A stretch of 38,973 bases of DNA from Candidatus Woesearchaeota archaeon (GTDB taxonomy: Archaea > Nanobdellota > Nanobdellia > Woesearchaeales > WJKL01): NCBI GenBank assembly GCA_018221125.1, contig JAAOYC010000032.1, positions 1-38,973 on the forward strand, given 5' to 3'. The notes below the pieces were generated by a model, which saw only the letters and a list, made by a program, of their open reading frames with translations, had not been told where the DNA came from and did not search any database. Shown in pieces: positions 1-9,717 of this stretch. Within the stretch, counting starts at the first letter, position 1. Each line of letters opens with the position of its first letter. The position numbers and the translations under genes are program-made.

Positions 1-192
1 CAGATACTGAAAGGTGTAAGATATCACATGGGAAGGTGGGCAAGTCCTGAGGCAGAAGCAACAAGAGCAGTGAAAGGGAGCACTGTTGAAAAGATTGTCC
101 AACTATCTGATTATATCTGCAGCAGAAAAATAGCTTCTTTTTTGCCTGGAGTAGAATTGAGTGAAAAAGTTATTAGGAATTATTTGAGATAA
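1..192 (+). CDS. HD-domain phosphohydrolase, C-terminal part (5' truncated by window edge)
   Basis: Frame 1 is open from base 1 to TAA at 190-192: QILKGVRYHMGRW...KIVQLSDYICSR. This resembles the H and late D motifs of HD proteins. Absent from the ORF track. Confidence 0.65.
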   Translation, partial: QILKGVRYHMGRWASPEAEATRAVKGSTVEKIVQLSDYICSRKIASFLPGVELSEKVIRNYLR

Positions 193-704
193 GGTCTCAT
201 TACTCCTAATTCATCTCTGGCAAGCTGGATTGGTCTTTCCAATTCTAAGAATTTTTCAAATGATATGATTAATCTGTCTTCATCAATCTCCAGAGTTCTT
301 TCATTATCTTCCCTGAATAAATGCAAAAGGTTTTCTCCTTGTTCATATGTTGATACGATTTCGGTTATATCTTTTGCTTCTGAGTAGATATCTGAATAAT
401 TGCCTGCTACTCTGATTAATTCAGGATATGCATTGATGTCATACAGCGCCCCAATAGCAGAGTAAACTGGTGTGTCTTCTTTTATTCCAAAACAAAGAAT
501 AGAATTATCCTGCGATACAAAAAAATCCAACACATCCTTAAGAGAACGATTTTTTAAAAGAGGTATTCTTCTTTTTACACTTGGAAAAAGAGGAAATGAT
601 TTCATTATTCTGTGTTCAATTATATCTCCCTCATCATCTCTAACAATTTCTTCTCCTTCCTTGCACTGGAAGATTACATCTGAAAGCGTGTATATTTCTC
701 TCAT
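180..704 (-). CDS. hypothetical protein (174 aa)
   Basis: ORF with AGGA upstream of ATG; last gene of the 1691->180 minus-strand run; overlaps the HD gene tail-to-tail by 13 bp. Confidence 0.7.
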   Translation of the reverse strand: MREIYTLSDVIFQCKEGEEIVRDDEGDIIEHRIMKSFPLFPSVKRRIPLLKNRSLKDVLDFFVSQDNSILCFGIKEDTPVYSAIGALYDINAYPELIRVAGNYSDIYSEAKDITEIVSTYEQGENLLHLFREDNERTLEIDEDRLIISFEKFLELERPIQLARDELGVMRPYLK

Positions 705-742
705 TTTAATATCCTAATATTTCTTCTTCATTTCTTCTAATT

Positions 743-946
743 TCATTTGCCTTCCTTCAAAACACGAGAAAATCTTTTAGATTTTCTGTGTCCCAAAAAA
801 CCTTCGGGTTTTTTTAGGATGTCCAAAGTCATTTTAACAATTGTTCCTGGTTTTAAGTTTTCCTCCAGGATTCTAGGTATAACTATGATAGACTGGGAGC
901 CATGCTTGGCAATTCTTTTGGTTAGGATGAATTGTGAATGTTTCAT
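743..946 (-). CDS. small AbrB/MazE-fold (DUF2080-like) DNA-binding protein
   Basis: KRIAKHGSQSIIVIPRILEENLKPGTIVKMTLD matches the swapped-hairpin AbrB/MazE pattern. Confidence 0.65.
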   Translation of the reverse strand: MKHSQFILTKRIAKHGSQSIIVIPRILEENLKPGTIVKMTLDILKKPEGFLGHRKSKRFSRVLKEGK

Positions 947-953
947 TTTTTAA

Positions 954-1691
954 TTAACTTAGTTCGGATTTTATCTTTTTTCTGTATATACATAAGGCAC
1001 GAGAAACTGACTTGCCATCCCTAACCAGGCTGCCATTGTGATAGAGTTTATTAAGCTTTTCAGCTATTAGTCTTGCACTGATAATTGGTCCCATCCTGTA
1101 TTCTGGAAGCTGTGATAATCCATGGGCAAACTCTTTTTCAGATAAAGTGCAGGAGGTTTTTGTAAAAATCCTGTCAATAAAAGGGGTGTATCCTTGTGCT
1201 CTCAAACCTTTAAGGCGGTATTCTCTTCTTTCTTCTGGTGATTTTGCAAAAAGGCCTTTCCCGCTCTCAAATGTCGCTGTGCCTCCTAATTGTCCTGCTT
1301 GGCTGCGCTTTTCTGATTTTCCTTCTTCACCAAAGTAGGATTCACTGTGGATACCGACTTTTCGGTCCAATATCCTCTTTCCAATATTTTTCCCTGGTTT
1401 TTTACACAGCATTTCTAATTCAGAGGGATCTGTAATAAGTCCTGTGCAGGGTTTAAAGCCAAACCCTCCCTTATGCCCTCTGATTGCCTGGCCAACTGCT
1501 TTTCTTGCTATGTTTGCAGATGCGCCATATTCTGATTCAACATTATACTTTTGGGTTATTTCAAAATTAAACATCCCATTCCTGTAATCTTCAGCTATCT
1601 CTGGGTGGTCTTTTATCAGGGCTTGTGCTACTTTGAGTATTTTTCTAATAGCTTTAATATGCTTATTGGTGATTGGTTTTTTATGTTTCAT
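954..1691 (-). CDS. basic hypothetical protein (245 aa), possible nucleic-acid binding
   Basis: Long Lys/Arg-rich ORF downstream of a BRE/TATA at 1752-1762. Confidence 0.75.
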   Translation of the reverse strand: MKHKKPITNKHIKAIRKILKVAQALIKDHPEIAEDYRNGMFNFEITQKYNVESEYGASANIARKAVGQAIRGHKGGFGFKPCTGLITDPSELEMLCKKPGKNIGKRILDRKVGIHSESYFGEEGKSEKRSQAGQLGGTATFESGKGLFAKSPEERREYRLKGLRAQGYTPFIDRIFTKTSCTLSEKEFAHGLSQLPEYRMGPIISARLIAEKLNKLYHNGSLVRDGKSVSRALCIYRKKIKSELS

Positions 1692-1724
1692 TTTCTTCTA
1701 AAAAAATATCTAGAACACGCTCTT

Positions 1725-1762
1725 TATGTATAGAGTATACATAGAATTTTGTTTATAAACCT
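1725..1762 (-). promoter_or_regulatory. BRE/TATA promoter with downstream palindrome
   Basis: AGGTTTATAAA on the minus strand at 1752-1762; perfect inverted repeat TATGTATA-GAG-TATACATA at 1725-1743. Confidence 0.6.
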
Positions 1763-1769
1763 GATGATT

Positions 1770-2141
1770 TTAGTCTTTAGGTCTTAAAATGGTTCCAGAA
1801 GTTCCAACATACTCGTATTGAGAAGGATCTAATTCTACATCTGCTGTTGTTTGCTTTTGCTGCTCTTCAAAATCTTTTCTGGATTTTTCATTATCATAAA
1901 GCTTTAGAAAAGTGGGAGAGACCATTGCATAAATTTTACCTTGAATTTCAACTTTGAAGTAATTATCCAGATTACGCTCTACTCTTCTTACTATTTTTGC
2001 TGATTCTTCTCTGCTGACTTCTTGTACAGGAACTTCATAATGTAGTGTTTCAGGCCTGTGAACAGGAGCCTCATCAAAATTCTGATTGTTTAACAAAAGA
2101 TCTATTGATTGTTGATCAATGAAATGTGTTTTTTCTGACAT
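1770..2141 (-). CDS. hypothetical protein (123 aa)
   Basis: ORF with AAGGTTTTTAAA promoter (2167-2178, minus) 25 bp upstream. Confidence 0.7.
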   Translation of the reverse strand: MSEKTHFIDQQSIDLLLNNQNFDEAPVHRPETLHYEVPVQEVSREESAKIVRRVERNLDNYFKVEIQGKIYAMVSPTFLKLYDNEKSRKDFEEQQKQTTADVELDPSQYEYVGTSGTILRPKD

Positions 2142-2184
2142 TGTAGAAAAATAAAGAATTTATTAGTTTAAAAACCTTCGTGAA

Positions 2185-2976
2185 TTACAATCTTTTTACT
2201 TCAATAGAAATAGCTGGTTCATTAACCCTGATATATCTAGGGCAGGTTGTGTATTCTAATCCATGCTCTTGACAGTAGTCTATTATTCTCTGCTTTATTT
2301 CATCGTCTTTAAATCCAATGACTACATTTATTCCGTCTTTGTCTTTGTGGATTACGTTAAAGCTTTGCAAGTCATCCAGAATCTGTTTTCTTTTTTCCCT
2401 GAATGTTTCCAGTCTTTTTGGAAGCTCATCAAATTTTGCCATTAAATCATCATACATGTGATCATCAAAATAAGAAGAATCAAAATCTTCATAGAATTTG
2501 TCATCATCTGTTGCAATAAATCCTCCATATTCTAAATTGACTGGCTTCCATTTTCCAAAACTGCCTATTAATAGATGGCCTATCTTTGCTGCATCTGTTC
2601 CTATGCTGCCAGAAACATCATTTACTAATATACATCCTTTTTTTCCGCAGATCTTGAAGATTTCTTCAATATTATCCATTGCAAAATAGCCTTGCATTGA
2701 ACATGTCAGTAAAATAGAATTTTTATCTGCTTTTTTCTCTAAATCATCCAAATCAATCAATCCTTGATTTGTTTTTACTTCTTTTATCTCTAAATCAAAC
2801 TTCTTTGGATATTTCTTGTAAGTCAACCATCCGCCCTGGTCTGGAATAAGAACAGTTGTTTTATCTAATTGTTTTGCTAAATCAAGAGCTATTTTTATTG
2901 CTTTGTTGCCTCTTTCAGCTAGCTGAATATGCTGTTTTCCAGTGAATTCCTTTAGCTTAGCAAGTATTCTTTCCAT
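2185..2976 (-). CDS. PLP-dependent transferase, DegT/DnrJ/StrS-like fold I
   Basis: ILVNDVSGSIG (PLP Asp) and GSFGKWKP (Schiff-base Lys) motifs; start moved to ATG 2976. Confidence 0.75.
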   Translation of the reverse strand: MERILAKLKEFTGKQHIQLAERGNKAIKIALDLAKQLDKTTVLIPDQGGWLTYKKYPKKFDLEIKEVKTNQGLIDLDDLEKKADKNSILLTCSMQGYFAMDNIEEIFKICGKKGCILVNDVSGSIGTDAAKIGHLLIGSFGKWKPVNLEYGGFIATDDDKFYEDFDSSYFDDHMYDDLMAKFDELPKRLETFREKRKQILDDLQSFNVIHKDKDGINVVIGFKDDEIKQRIIDYCQEHGLEYTTCPRYIRVNEPAISIEVKRL

Positions 2977-3016
2977 AACCACAAATAATATTAAGGCATA
3001 TATAAAACTTCTTGAT

Positions 3017-3517
3017 ATGACATACTACGATGAAATATCTTCGGGTTATGAGGAGCTGCATAAAGAAGAGCAGCTGAAAAAGATTAAGTTGATTTCTGAG
3101 CATCTGAAAGTTTCAAAAGAAGATAAGCTATTAGATGTTGGATGCGGAACAGGGCTTACAACAGAACCTTGGGATTGCAAAAGATATGGTATAGATCCTG
3201 CTCTTAAGTTGTTAGAAAGAGCTAGAAACAAAGATAAAATTGAATATAAACTAGCTCCTGCTGAGAAAATACCTTATGAAGATAATTTCTTTGATATTGT
3301 TATTTCAATAACAGCAATACAGAATTTTGAAGACATTGAAAAAGGATTGAAAGAGATAAAAAGAGTTGGAAAAGATAAGTTTGTTTTATCATTTTTAAAA
3401 AAATCTTCTAAAAGGGAGTTTATTGATGGAAAAATTAAAAAAATATTTAATATAATGGAAATTATAGAGGAAGAAAAGGATATGATTTATTTTGCAAAAA
3501 AAGCATCAGGTTTATAA
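3017..3517 (+). CDS. class I SAM-dependent methyltransferase
   Basis: LLDVGCGTG motif I, GIDP, IPYEDNFFDIV, EIKRVGK; likely start ATG 3017, divergent from the PLP gene. Confidence 0.9.
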   Translation: MTYYDEISSGYEELHKEEQLKKIKLISEHLKVSKEDKLLDVGCGTGLTTEPWDCKRYGIDPALKLLERARNKDKIEYKLAPAEKIPYEDNFFDIVISITAIQNFEDIEKGLKEIKRVGKDKFVLSFLKKSSKREFIDGKIKKIFNIMEIIEEEKDMIYFAKKASGL

Positions 3518-3539
3518 GTAAACTTTATTCCTCTTTTCT

Positions 3540-4916
3540 ATGATAGACTTAGGAGCTTTAACTGAAGATTTAAAGAGAAGAAATAAAGATATTTCTAAAG
3601 AAAAAGATAAAGAAATTAATAGATTAGTAAAAAAAAGAAAGAAAGAAGTAGAAAAAGTTGAAGCAAATTATGATAACCAAATTAGTTGGTTACAATCTGA
3701 TGCTCGACATCAAATAGGTAGTTCTAGAGATGAATATATGAGAAGAGTTTCTGGAGAAATAATAAAAGATCTTGAGCAAAGTTATGATGTTTTACAAGGA
3801 AGAAGTGGTTTAGCTGGTTTAACAGATGATGAGAAAATAAAAGCAGCAAAATTTAAAACTTTTTTAAGTGCAATGGAGATTGAAGATGAAAGTAAAGTTG
3901 ACGCAGCACTTAATGTTTTTGGTTTAAATCCTGATTTAAAAGAAGCAATGACTGGTGGTTCTTTGGATCATAGAGATATTGTTTCTTATATGGGTGCATC
4001 TAATAATTCATTTTACATGGTTGTGCCTGTTGTTAAAGGAAGTGATGATATACTTGCTCAAAGTTTAGAAGATAAAGTAAGTGGTATTTTAGAACATGGA
4101 CAAGTTACACCAGGTCATAGTGTGGATTTTGGTGGAAAAGGCCGTGTTGCAAGTGTTGCTGTGAGTAAGATTAAATTTAAATATGAATGTAGGCCTACAA
4201 ATGGATTTTTAGTATATCATGTTGAAATACCTGATAATAGTGATTCTAGTTTAATGATAAGTTTACAAAAATCATTAGTATCTAAATTAAGAGAATTACA
4301 ACCAGAAGAATTTGAAAAAATGAGATTAATTCATACAACAATGCCTATTGATGGTGATGTTATGGAATATTTCTTAAATCATTCAAGAAATGATATGTAT
4401 TCTTCTTCTGATATGGTAGAAGAATTAAAAGAAGCAGGAACTGAATATGTCTCTGTTGATAAAGTTGCAGAAATATTAAGCAGAGCACCACATGTTGTTA
4501 AAGGGTTGGCTACAAAAGGAAAACTTTCAAAAAATGATAATGGAGAAATTAGTGTTGAATCATTAGGATTATATTTAGGTGAAAATAAAAATGCTCCAGC
4601 AAAAAGAGCACCTTATGTTAGGGGCACATCAACAGGTGTATTAAATTTTAGTTCTCTTGATTTTGAAGAAAGAAAACAAGAAGCGTATTTAAGATTAGAG
4701 AAATATGGAGATGAACTTTCTAGCAGAGAAGCTAAAGATGTTCTTGGAGTTAAAAATATAACAAATAATTTAACAAGCAAACTTGCTAATAAAATAGGAG
4801 AAAAAAGATTTAAAGGAAGAAGACCATTTTATTTTGTTCCTAGAGATAAATTAAAAGCTTATATGGAAGCACGTACTCCAACAAATAGGGGTTGGAGACC
4901 TAAAAGTAATCTTTAG
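3540..4916 (+). CDS. hypothetical protein with N-terminal coiled coil and C-terminal MerR/excisionase-like HTH motifs
   Basis: YVSVDKVAEILS...VKGLATKGKL and ELSSREAKDVLG resemble HTH_17 repeats; promoter AGGTTTATAA at 3508-3517. Confidence 0.7.
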   Translation: MIDLGALTEDLKRRNKDISKEKDKEINRLVKKRKKEVEKVEANYDNQISWLQSDARHQIGSSRDEYMRRVSGEIIKDLEQSYDVLQGRSGLAGLTDDEKIKAAKFKTFLSAMEIEDESKVDAALNVFGLNPDLKEAMTGGSLDHRDIVSYMGASNNSFYMVVPVVKGSDDILAQSLEDKVSGILEHGQVTPGHSVDFGGKGRVASVAVSKIKFKYECRPTNGFLVYHVEIPDNSDSSLMISLQKSLVSKLRELQPEEFEKMRLIHTTMPIDGDVMEYFLNHSRNDMYSSSDMVEELKEAGTEYVSVDKVAEILSRAPHVVKGLATKGKLSKNDNGEISVESLGLYLGENKNAPAKRAPYVRGTSTGVLNFSSLDFEERKQEAYLRLEKYGDELSSREAKDVLGVKNITNNLTSKLANKIGEKRFKGRRPFYFVPRDKLKAYMEARTPTNRGWRPKSNL

Positions 4917-4970
4917 TTCTATTTTTTAGAAAAAATTTTTATAGATTATAAAAGAGAGAACTCATTGCAA

Positions 4971-5417
4971 TTAATCTTCTCCTTTAAATTTTCTAAATGA
5001 ATTCTGATATAAAAATAAACCATAACTTTTGCAAACTTCAGTTCCATACTCTTCAATATGAGCCTTATCTACATGTTCTAACTTAGAAATATTTAATTTA
5101 ATATTTTTTGCAGTATCATCATTATAGACAAAATCACTAAGAATATCCCAATCACCAAAATAAATTGACTTTAATTCAGGAGCGTTATCTTCAAGAAATT
5201 CTTCAAGCCCCTTTTTAATGCCTTTTTTTGTTTCAGATCTTAGAATCTGATATTGAGAATCATGTATATTATCACCAAAATAAAATTTTATATTGTCAAT
5301 AGGATAAAATTCATCTAAGAATCTGTCTTGTTCTTTATCCTCAAACTCTAATACCGCCTCTATAGACATATTACTACATAATCTTTCATTTTTTATAAAG
5401 CTTTCAGTAATACTCAT
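4971..5417 (-). CDS. acidic hypothetical protein (148 aa)
   Basis: ORF with AAGGT upstream and AGGTTTAAA promoter at 5477-5485 (minus). Confidence 0.65.
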   Translation of the reverse strand: MSITESFIKNERLCSNMSIEAVLEFEDKEQDRFLDEFYPIDNIKFYFGDNIHDSQYQILRSETKKGIKKGLEEFLEDNAPELKSIYFGDWDILSDFVYNDDTAKNIKLNISKLEHVDKAHIEEYGTEVCKSYGLFLYQNSFRKFKGED

Positions 5418-5539
5418 TTTCTAATACCTTAAAGAACCCCCTCCAAATAACTATAGATTCGATAGTAAACTAAGTATTTAAACCTAATGGATTTTATATA
5501 TTTAGAAAATATTATAAACTATTTAATTAATTCTATGTT

Positions 5540-6040
5540 ATGAAGGTTTCAGATGTAGCAAAACCAATGCAGGCAATTCTGGTCAGTTCTAGAGCAGAGA
5601 TCAAGACAAAGTTCTCTCCTGAGCCAGAAGTCAAAGATAATATCTTTACTCTTTGCTGGCATATGCCTGTTTCTTTTGACCCTCCTTTGTTTGCAATATC
5701 TGCTGGAAAGGCGAGATATTCTTCTAAATTAATAAAAGAATCAAAGGTATTTGTTGTTAATTTCATGGATCTAAAGCATGAGAAAGAAGTTGTTTTCTGC
5801 GGAACAAACAGCGGAGAGCATATTGATAAGTTTAAGGAGACAGGGCTGGAGAAAGAGGAAGCAGAGAAAATAGACTGTGTTAGGATAAAACAAGCATCTG
5901 GTTTTCTGGAATGCAAAGTTGTTAATGAAGTTGATGCAGGAGACCATATTGTGTTTATAGGAGAAGTTCTGAACATGGATCTAAAGAAAACAAAGAACAG
6001 GATGTTCTCTGAAGATGACAGATTTACTACAACTAAATAA
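5540..6040 (+). CDS. flavin reductase-like protein (flavoredoxin family)
   Basis: PVSFDPPLFAI, FVVNF, CGTNSG..IDKF, LECKV..EVDAGDHIVFIGEV. Confidence 0.9.
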   Translation: MKVSDVAKPMQAILVSSRAEIKTKFSPEPEVKDNIFTLCWHMPVSFDPPLFAISAGKARYSSKLIKESKVFVVNFMDLKHEKEVVFCGTNSGEHIDKFKETGLEKEEAEKIDCVRIKQASGFLECKVVNEVDAGDHIVFIGEVLNMDLKKTKNRMFSEDDRFTTTK

Positions 6041-6073
6041 AATTTATATATTAGAAAATATTTTGAAAATAAA

Positions 6074-6406
6074 ATGAAAGAATATCAGGAAAAATGCAGG
6101 CTTTCAGCAAAAAAGTTTGATACTGAAAAAGAGGAAATTTTTACATGGGGATTAGGCATAGCAGGAGAAGCAGGGGATGTTGCAAGTTGCATCAAGAAAA
6201 CATTTGCCCATGACAATGACCAAAAAAAAGGCATTAGAGAGAATATAGGGGATACTTTATGGTATGCTGCAATGATCTGCAACTTTTTTGGATGGGATAT
6301 GCAGGAAGTTTTAAATGAAAATGTTGCAAAACTTGAGAAGAGATATCCTAAAGGCTTTAAAATAGAAAAAGCAAAACGGGAAATGATTGACTGGGGTAAT
6401 AAATAA
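6074..6406 (+). CDS. MazG-like nucleotide pyrophosphohydrolase
   Basis: LGIAGEAGDV...KK...ENIGDTLWY...N..KLEKRYP. Confidence 0.85.
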   Translation: MKEYQEKCRLSAKKFDTEKEEIFTWGLGIAGEAGDVASCIKKTFAHDNDQKKGIRENIGDTLWYAAMICNFFGWDMQEVLNENVAKLEKRYPKGFKIEKAKREMIDWGNK

Positions 6407-6407
6407 A

Positions 6408-6908
6408 ATGAGTGTTGAAGATGTACAAAAAGTAAACCAATTGGCCCAAGAGCTGATAGAAAAAGGATTTGCAGCTGACAGAGAGGAAGCTGTAAAGAAA
6501 GCACAGGAAATGCTTAACAAGGAAATAACCAGTGCTGCCCAGGTAAAAGAGACAGATGAAAAGCAGAATATTGCTGCATCTGAAGTAAGTGATGATTCTT
6601 TAAAAAATATGATTGAAAGAGTAAAAGACCATGTTGCAAGGCAGTTTGAAGGATATAAGAATGCTCTTCTTGGCCTTGAGAAAGAGCTTCGTGCTTTAAA
6701 GCAGCAGGTTGAAGAGCTTAAATCAAGAGGTGTTTCCAGAACTGCAGCAGACAGAGGAATTGCTGAAAAGAAAGTTGAAGAAGCTGCTGAGCCTGATGAA
6801 GAGCCTATGAAAGTTGAGAAAGAAGAAGGAGAAGCTCATCCTAAAGTAGGAAGAAATAATCCAGATGATGTTTCTATAGAAAAGATGTTTTATTGTGGGA
6901 ATAAATAA
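6408..6908 (+). CDS. coiled-coil hypothetical protein
   Basis: Starts at ATG 6408 right after the MazG stop (TAAAATG); helical, ends DDVSIEKMFYCGNK. Confidence 0.8.
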   Translation: MSVEDVQKVNQLAQELIEKGFAADREEAVKKAQEMLNKEITSAAQVKETDEKQNIAASEVSDDSLKNMIERVKDHVARQFEGYKNALLGLEKELRALKQQVEELKSRGVSRTAADRGIAEKKVEEAAEPDEEPMKVEKEEGEAHPKVGRNNPDDVSIEKMFYCGNK

Positions 6909-6913
6909 AAGAA

Positions 6914-7297
6914 TTATTTAATCTTTAAAGCTTTTATTATCTTGTCAAGCTTTTCATTGATTATTTCAAGATCTTTGCCAGAATTTCTACTAGAACCACG
7001 TTTATCATGTTTTTCAAAACAATCACTGCAATAAACAGGCTTGCTTGAAGTTGGTTTGAAAGGAACTTCACATTCTTTTCCGCATTCAGAACAAATAACT
7101 TGAGTCATCTCAAGGTCACGCCTGTTGTTTCCAAAACGTTTAGGGCCTCTATCTCTACCTCTTCCAAAATCTCTTCCAGAGTCTCTTCTACCAGAACTTC
7201 TTCTGCCTCTGCCAGAATCTCTTCTACCTCTTCCTCCGCCGTTTTTAACGTGGTCTTCAAAGGTTTTTTCGCCTCTTGAACGTTCAAATCTTGCCAT
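6914..7297 (-). CDS. CxxC-x17-CxxC zinc-ribbon protein with RG-rich N-terminus
   Basis: CSECGKECEVPFKPTSSKPVYCSDC; RRDSGR-type low-complexity repeats; promoter AGGCTTATAAA at 7321-7331. Confidence 0.85.
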   Translation of the reverse strand: MARFERSRGEKTFEDHVKNGGGRGRRDSGRGRRSSGRRDSGRDFGRGRDRGPKRFGNNRRDLEMTQVICSECGKECEVPFKPTSSKPVYCSDCFEKHDKRGSSRNSGKDLEIINEKLDKIIKALKIK

Positions 7298-7357
7298 AAA
7301 TCAGTTAAAAAGAGGGTTAGTTTATAAGCCTATGCGAAATTGTGTTTTGGCGAATGA

Positions 7358-8095
7358 TTAATTCTTATTTGCATTATCCCAGATAAACTCAAAATAATGC
7401 TTGAAAGATTCTGCCATCTGCTTGTTTTTGATTAATATTGTGAAAGGCTTGTTTATTCCACCCATAAAAACAACTTTGTCTCCATAGATTATTGCTGGTG
7501 TTGTTGGAGAAAATTTTTTTGGAAAGAATCTATGATTTTGTTTTTTTCCAATTGATTCCAAGACTTTTCTTGTTTTCAGTTTTGAACTCCAGATTCCTCT
7601 GAAATCTCCTTTGTAAGAAAGCTTTTGTTTTTCTGCTTTGTTAACAATATGCATATAATAATAGCCAATGGATTCTACAGCTTTTCCAGTTGCTCCAAAG
7701 AAAAGAAATTCTTTTGCTTTTCCTGAAACTGCATCATTGAATGCATCATCTATTACTGTTTTTGCTCCTTCAATTCCATCGTATTGGTTAACAATACATT
7801 CTTCTGCTGGATTTTGATATAAAGCAGTTAACTGCGGAAGTATTTCTTTTATTGAATCTTGTTTTTCTTTTAATAAGCTTAATAATTTATTTGGATTTGA
7901 AGCAATGTAGATTCTTTTGTTTGATTTCAGGATATAAGATACTAATCCTTTTTCTATTAATTTAGTAAGAATATCATAGACTAATGTCCTGAATAAACCG
8001 CATTTTTCAGAGATATTGGTTGCGCCTGCTTGCTTTAGGTTAAGCAAAGTAAGATATACTTTTGCCTCGTTTTTTGTCAGTCCTTCTATATTCAT
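7358..8095 (-). CDS. TrmB-family transcriptional regulator
   Basis: GLTKNEAKVYLTLL...RTLVYDILTKLIEKGLVSY winged HTH, YDGIEG, C-terminal IIYGDKV...FEFIW. Confidence 0.9.
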   Translation of the reverse strand: MNIEGLTKNEAKVYLTLLNLKQAGATNISEKCGLFRTLVYDILTKLIEKGLVSYILKSNKRIYIASNPNKLLSLLKEKQDSIKEILPQLTALYQNPAEECIVNQYDGIEGAKTVIDDAFNDAVSGKAKEFLFFGATGKAVESIGYYYMHIVNKAEKQKLSYKGDFRGIWSSKLKTRKVLESIGKKQNHRFFPKKFSPTTPAIIYGDKVVFMGGINKPFTILIKNKQMAESFKHYFEFIWDNANKN

Positions 8096-8107
8096 GGCAA
8101 AGGGAAA

Positions 8108-8160
8108 TGAGGATTATTTATAAAGGTGTCATTAAATTTACGACATAGATTGAAAAATCA
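8108..8160. promoter_or_regulatory. divergent promoter with imperfect palindrome (candidate TrmB site)
   Basis: TTTATAAA followed by TGTC-ATTAAATTTAC-GACA between the TrmB and radical SAM genes. Confidence 0.45.
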
Positions 8161-8180
8161 AGTTCTTTGACTAAATAGGC

Positions 8181-9689
8181 ATGAGGTTAGAAAAAATAGT
8201 TTTAGTTGAATTAGATTCAGATTTGCCTAGTTTAGGAAAATTATTAGCAATGCCTAGATATGGAATTACTGCAATTGGGTCTATACTAGATGAAGCAGGA
8301 TATGATGTTAAAGTTTTATGTGATGTTTATGGAAAGGTTTCAATTGAAGAGATTCTTTCAGAAAATCCAGATTATATTTTATTTAATGGGATAAAGACAT
8401 CAATTGATAGAGTCAGAGCAATGGCTAATGAAGTTAGAGCAAAGACAGACAGTCCAATTATAATTGGAGGAGAAGAAGCAACAACATCCCCTGAAAATGT
8501 CCAGGATTTTGCAGATTATGTTGTTTTACATGAAGGAGATAAAACTATTTTAGATTTAATTAAGGCTTTGAAGTCTGGAGGAGAATTTTCTAAAATTAAA
8601 GGAATTATGTATAAGAAATCGGGAGGGTGGGTATATACTGGGAAACCAGAAAGAATTGAAGAAATTAATCATCATCTAAATCCAGAGATTTTTAGAGGTC
8701 TAAAAGATATTAAAAAAGGATTTTTAGCAAAATGGTTAAATATATCTGGGTTGCGTCTTATATCATTTCCAATTCAAACATCAAGGGGTTGTCCTTATGA
8801 ATGTAGTTTTTGTTCAAAAGATGCTCAGTTTGGCAAAAAAGGATATTTTGAAAGGGATATTGGTGATGTAATAGAAGATATAGATAGGGTTATGGAATAT
8901 TCAGGCATTACAGAATTCGCGATTGTGGATAATCTTTTTGGATATTCAAAGGAATATGCTAAAGAATTTTTTGAGAGAGTTATTGCTTATTTTGAAAAAC
9001 CTAAACCAAGATTTTCAGCTTTGATGCGAGCTGATCAATTCAAAGGATTTTCTGATGAGAATATTTCACTAATGAAAAAAGCTGGATTTAAAAGTGTTAA
9101 TCTAGGGATGGAGTCTATTAATCAAAAAACTCTAGACCAATATGATAAAGGAGAGGTTGTTGGAGATTATGATGCTGCTGTTAAAAGGTTGGATGCTCAT
9201 GATATTGCAGTGCTTGGGTCATTTGCAGTTGGAGGTGGTGAAGATAGGTTAGCAGATGTATATGGAATAGTGAATTTTGCAAGAAGATTAAAAATGAGGC
9301 AGATTCATTTGTATCCTTTTAGTATTACACCTGGAACTAAAGAATATAAAGAACATAAACATCTAGTTATCCCGAGTATCCCAGATAAATATTGGAATGG
9401 TCATGCTGTAACAATATTCCCTAAAAAAATGCTGCCTAGTGAATTACAAGAAACAACTTTTAATACCATGTGGAATTTTTATCGGTCTTATCATTTATCA
9501 CTTCCATTAAAAACCTTAATTCATAAATTTTTATTCTATACAATAGCAATTAGAAGAATTGAAAAATCATTAACCAGTCATCTTGATTTTTTAAAAACTA
9601 AAGAAGCAGAATTAATTGAGAAAGGCATTTATCAAAGAAGTTCTGAAGGTTGGGAATTAGATGAAGGGAAACTAATAAATAGTAGTTGA
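8181..9689 (+). CDS. B12-binding-domain radical SAM protein
   Basis: PIIIGGEEAT...ADYVVLHEGD cobalamin-domain motifs; IQTSRGCPYECSFC (CxxxCxxC); VDNLF; LGMES. Confidence 0.9.
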   Translation: MRLEKIVLVELDSDLPSLGKLLAMPRYGITAIGSILDEAGYDVKVLCDVYGKVSIEEILSENPDYILFNGIKTSIDRVRAMANEVRAKTDSPIIIGGEEATTSPENVQDFADYVVLHEGDKTILDLIKALKSGGEFSKIKGIMYKKSGGWVYTGKPERIEEINHHLNPEIFRGLKDIKKGFLAKWLNISGLRLISFPIQTSRGCPYECSFCSKDAQFGKKGYFERDIGDVIEDIDRVMEYSGITEFAIVDNLFGYSKEYAKEFFERVIAYFEKPKPRFSALMRADQFKGFSDENISLMKKAGFKSVNLGMESINQKTLDQYDKGEVVGDYDAAVKRLDAHDIAVLGSFAVGGGEDRLADVYGIVNFARRLKMRQIHLYPFSITPGTKEYKEHKHLVIPSIPDKYWNGHAVTIFPKKMLPSELQETTFNTMWNFYRSYHLSLPLKTLIHKFLFYTIAIRRIEKSLTSHLDFLKTKEAELIEKGIYQRSSEGWELDEGKLINSS

Positions 9690-9717
9690 TTCTAAATTAA
9701 CCAAAAGAGGTTGATAA

